A stretch of DNA of 63,871 nt, counting the filler, from Hausera hauseri (taxonomy: Eukaryota), in NCBI GenBank assembly GCA_046269625.1. It is 13 parts of 13 records of this genome, joined end to end, with 100 filler letters (N's around TTAATTAATTAA, not from the genome) between each part and the next. Parts side by side here need not be neighbours in the genome. Positions count along the whole stretch, not along the records: positions 59,251 to 63,871 come from JBJURY010500131.1; 12 more parts are not named here. One strand, 5' to 3'. A model generated the notes under the pieces. That model saw nothing but the letters and a program-made list of their open reading frames with translations, had not been told where the DNA came from and did no database searches. Shown piece after piece: positions 62,550-63,871 of the stretch. Made by a program: the position numbers and the translations under genes. The stretch's first letter is position 1, and each line of letters begins with the position of its first letter.

Positions 62550-63300
62550 GATACTAGAAAAATAGAACTAGCAGTCGCAATATGAGAACTTTCTTCAAAT
62601 TACAGAGAAGAATTACAGGCAGTCCTCGGAGCTACGCGAATACTAGAGGAACAAAAACGTACGGATGCAAACATTGTCTTCCTGTGTCTGTAAGTTCTCT
62701 AGACCACCCAAAGCGAACCAGAAGACTTACTAACAAGAACAGTCATAGAAGAACTGAACCAACAGAGTATCACTTCAATGGATTCCTGCACACTGTGGCA
62801 TACAAGGAAATGAGGCATCCGAAAGATTGACAAAAACTGGCGCCCAGAAGGAAAAGTTCCACCACAAAGTATCATTTAAAGCAGCAAAGACACTCATTAA
62901 GGAAAAATGCAACACCATACGGCATCAGAGAACAGGCAACAACTACTGATAGGATCCTATCCTAGAGCTAAACAAAACATAACAGACTCAAATCTTCTGG
63001 CTCCGCACAGGAAATTGTAGCCTACAAGCTCATCTCCGCAGGATAAAAATCGCTCCAACTGCACAATGCATAAGCCAAAACGGTCCCTAGACAAGAGAGC
63101 ACATTCAACAGACACGTTCCCTCCTCAATGACCTAAGGACCCAGATATGGCCTGAACAAAAACAAAAGCATGGAAAAAAAAGCGGCTGGGCAGCTGCGAT
63201 GATCTCCTGCTGACGACCACATTCACAGAAGCAACCCACCTCGTCGTCTAGACTCAGAGCATGGGAAACTGAACGCATAGATGAAGAAACACAGAGAGAA
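62550..63300 (+). mobile_element. Decayed I-group-like LINE: RNase H and C-terminal zinc-knuckle region
   Basis: SSNYREELQAV, VSLQWIPAHCGIQGNEASERL, IFWLRTG.C.LQAHL, TREHI. Confidence 0.8.
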
Positions 63301-63482
63301 ACATGTACAGTTCCGTTAGACATGGGTAACGTTTTCAGTAGTCTCTGTAGACTTTTGATGTTTCAGCTTATGGAACTCCAGAATATCTTTTTCATTAACT
63401 GGATTTTTACAGGGGTTTCAACAGAGTGCCAGTTCCAAATATTTGTCCATCAGTATGTCATAGGCTGATAATATCTTGATTA

Positions 63483-63871
63483 TCAGGTGCCGTGCTGCGA
63501 AGCATAGGCTGTCATGGGTCTCCATCTCTCGCGATTCCTGGTGTCTCCAATCGTCTCTGTTGTTGACCTACTTCCGAGCCATGTCTTCAAACCAGCCAGA
63601 CACTTCATTCTTTGCTGACCACCGCTTCTACTCCCTGGTATTTTGCCTGTGGTGACCAAGTTCTCCAGACCCTCTCTTCTTAAAACATGGCCAATCATAG
63701 ATGCTTGTCTCTTTCTGATCCTGCTGATAAGTGTTCTTTCTGCATCTGCTTCTTGTAAAACCTCTTCATTTGTTCTCTTTGCTGTCCAAGGGACTTTTAA
63801 CATTCTTCTGAGAAACCACATCTCTGTTGCCTTTAAAGAGTTTTCCAATTTTTTACTCAATGTCCAAGATT
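63483..63871 (-). mobile_element. RTE-clade LINE ORF2 C-terminus
   Basis: ATEMWFLRRMLKVPWTAKRTNEEVL...GHVLRR..LENLVTTGKI.G...R.RWR. Confidence 0.88.

Overview
This window is not a continuous locus. It is 13 unrelated contigs of about 4.1-6.1 kb joined by 12 identical 100-nt artificial spacers (44 N + TTAATTAATTAA + 44 N). The content is AT-rich eukaryotic DNA, most likely animal, and is almost all decayed mobile elements. It includes two copies of a Maverick/Polinton (adintovirus-like) virion module, several Ty3/Gypsy LTR retrotransposon families, a Sola-like DNA transposase, LINE remnants, two satellites, and intronless host-gene pseudogenes (KTI12, CFAP47, an F-box fragment). Four observations stand out. 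(1) Two divergent CsRn1-like Gypsy elements have a ubiquitin-like domain ending in LRGG/LKGG fused in frame to the N-terminus of Gag, suggesting Gag maturation by a host deubiquitinase. (2) One Gypsy element has a chuvirus/gB-type glycoprotein tail directly upstream of its protease. (3) Three members of that family read through integrase into mutually unrelated signal-peptide/membrane proteins. (4) The Maverick encodes a two-repeat TBP-like protein, and a TATA-variant motif recurs upstream of its structural genes. All family assignments come from motif recognition by eye; no searches were run, and pseudogene boundaries are approximate.
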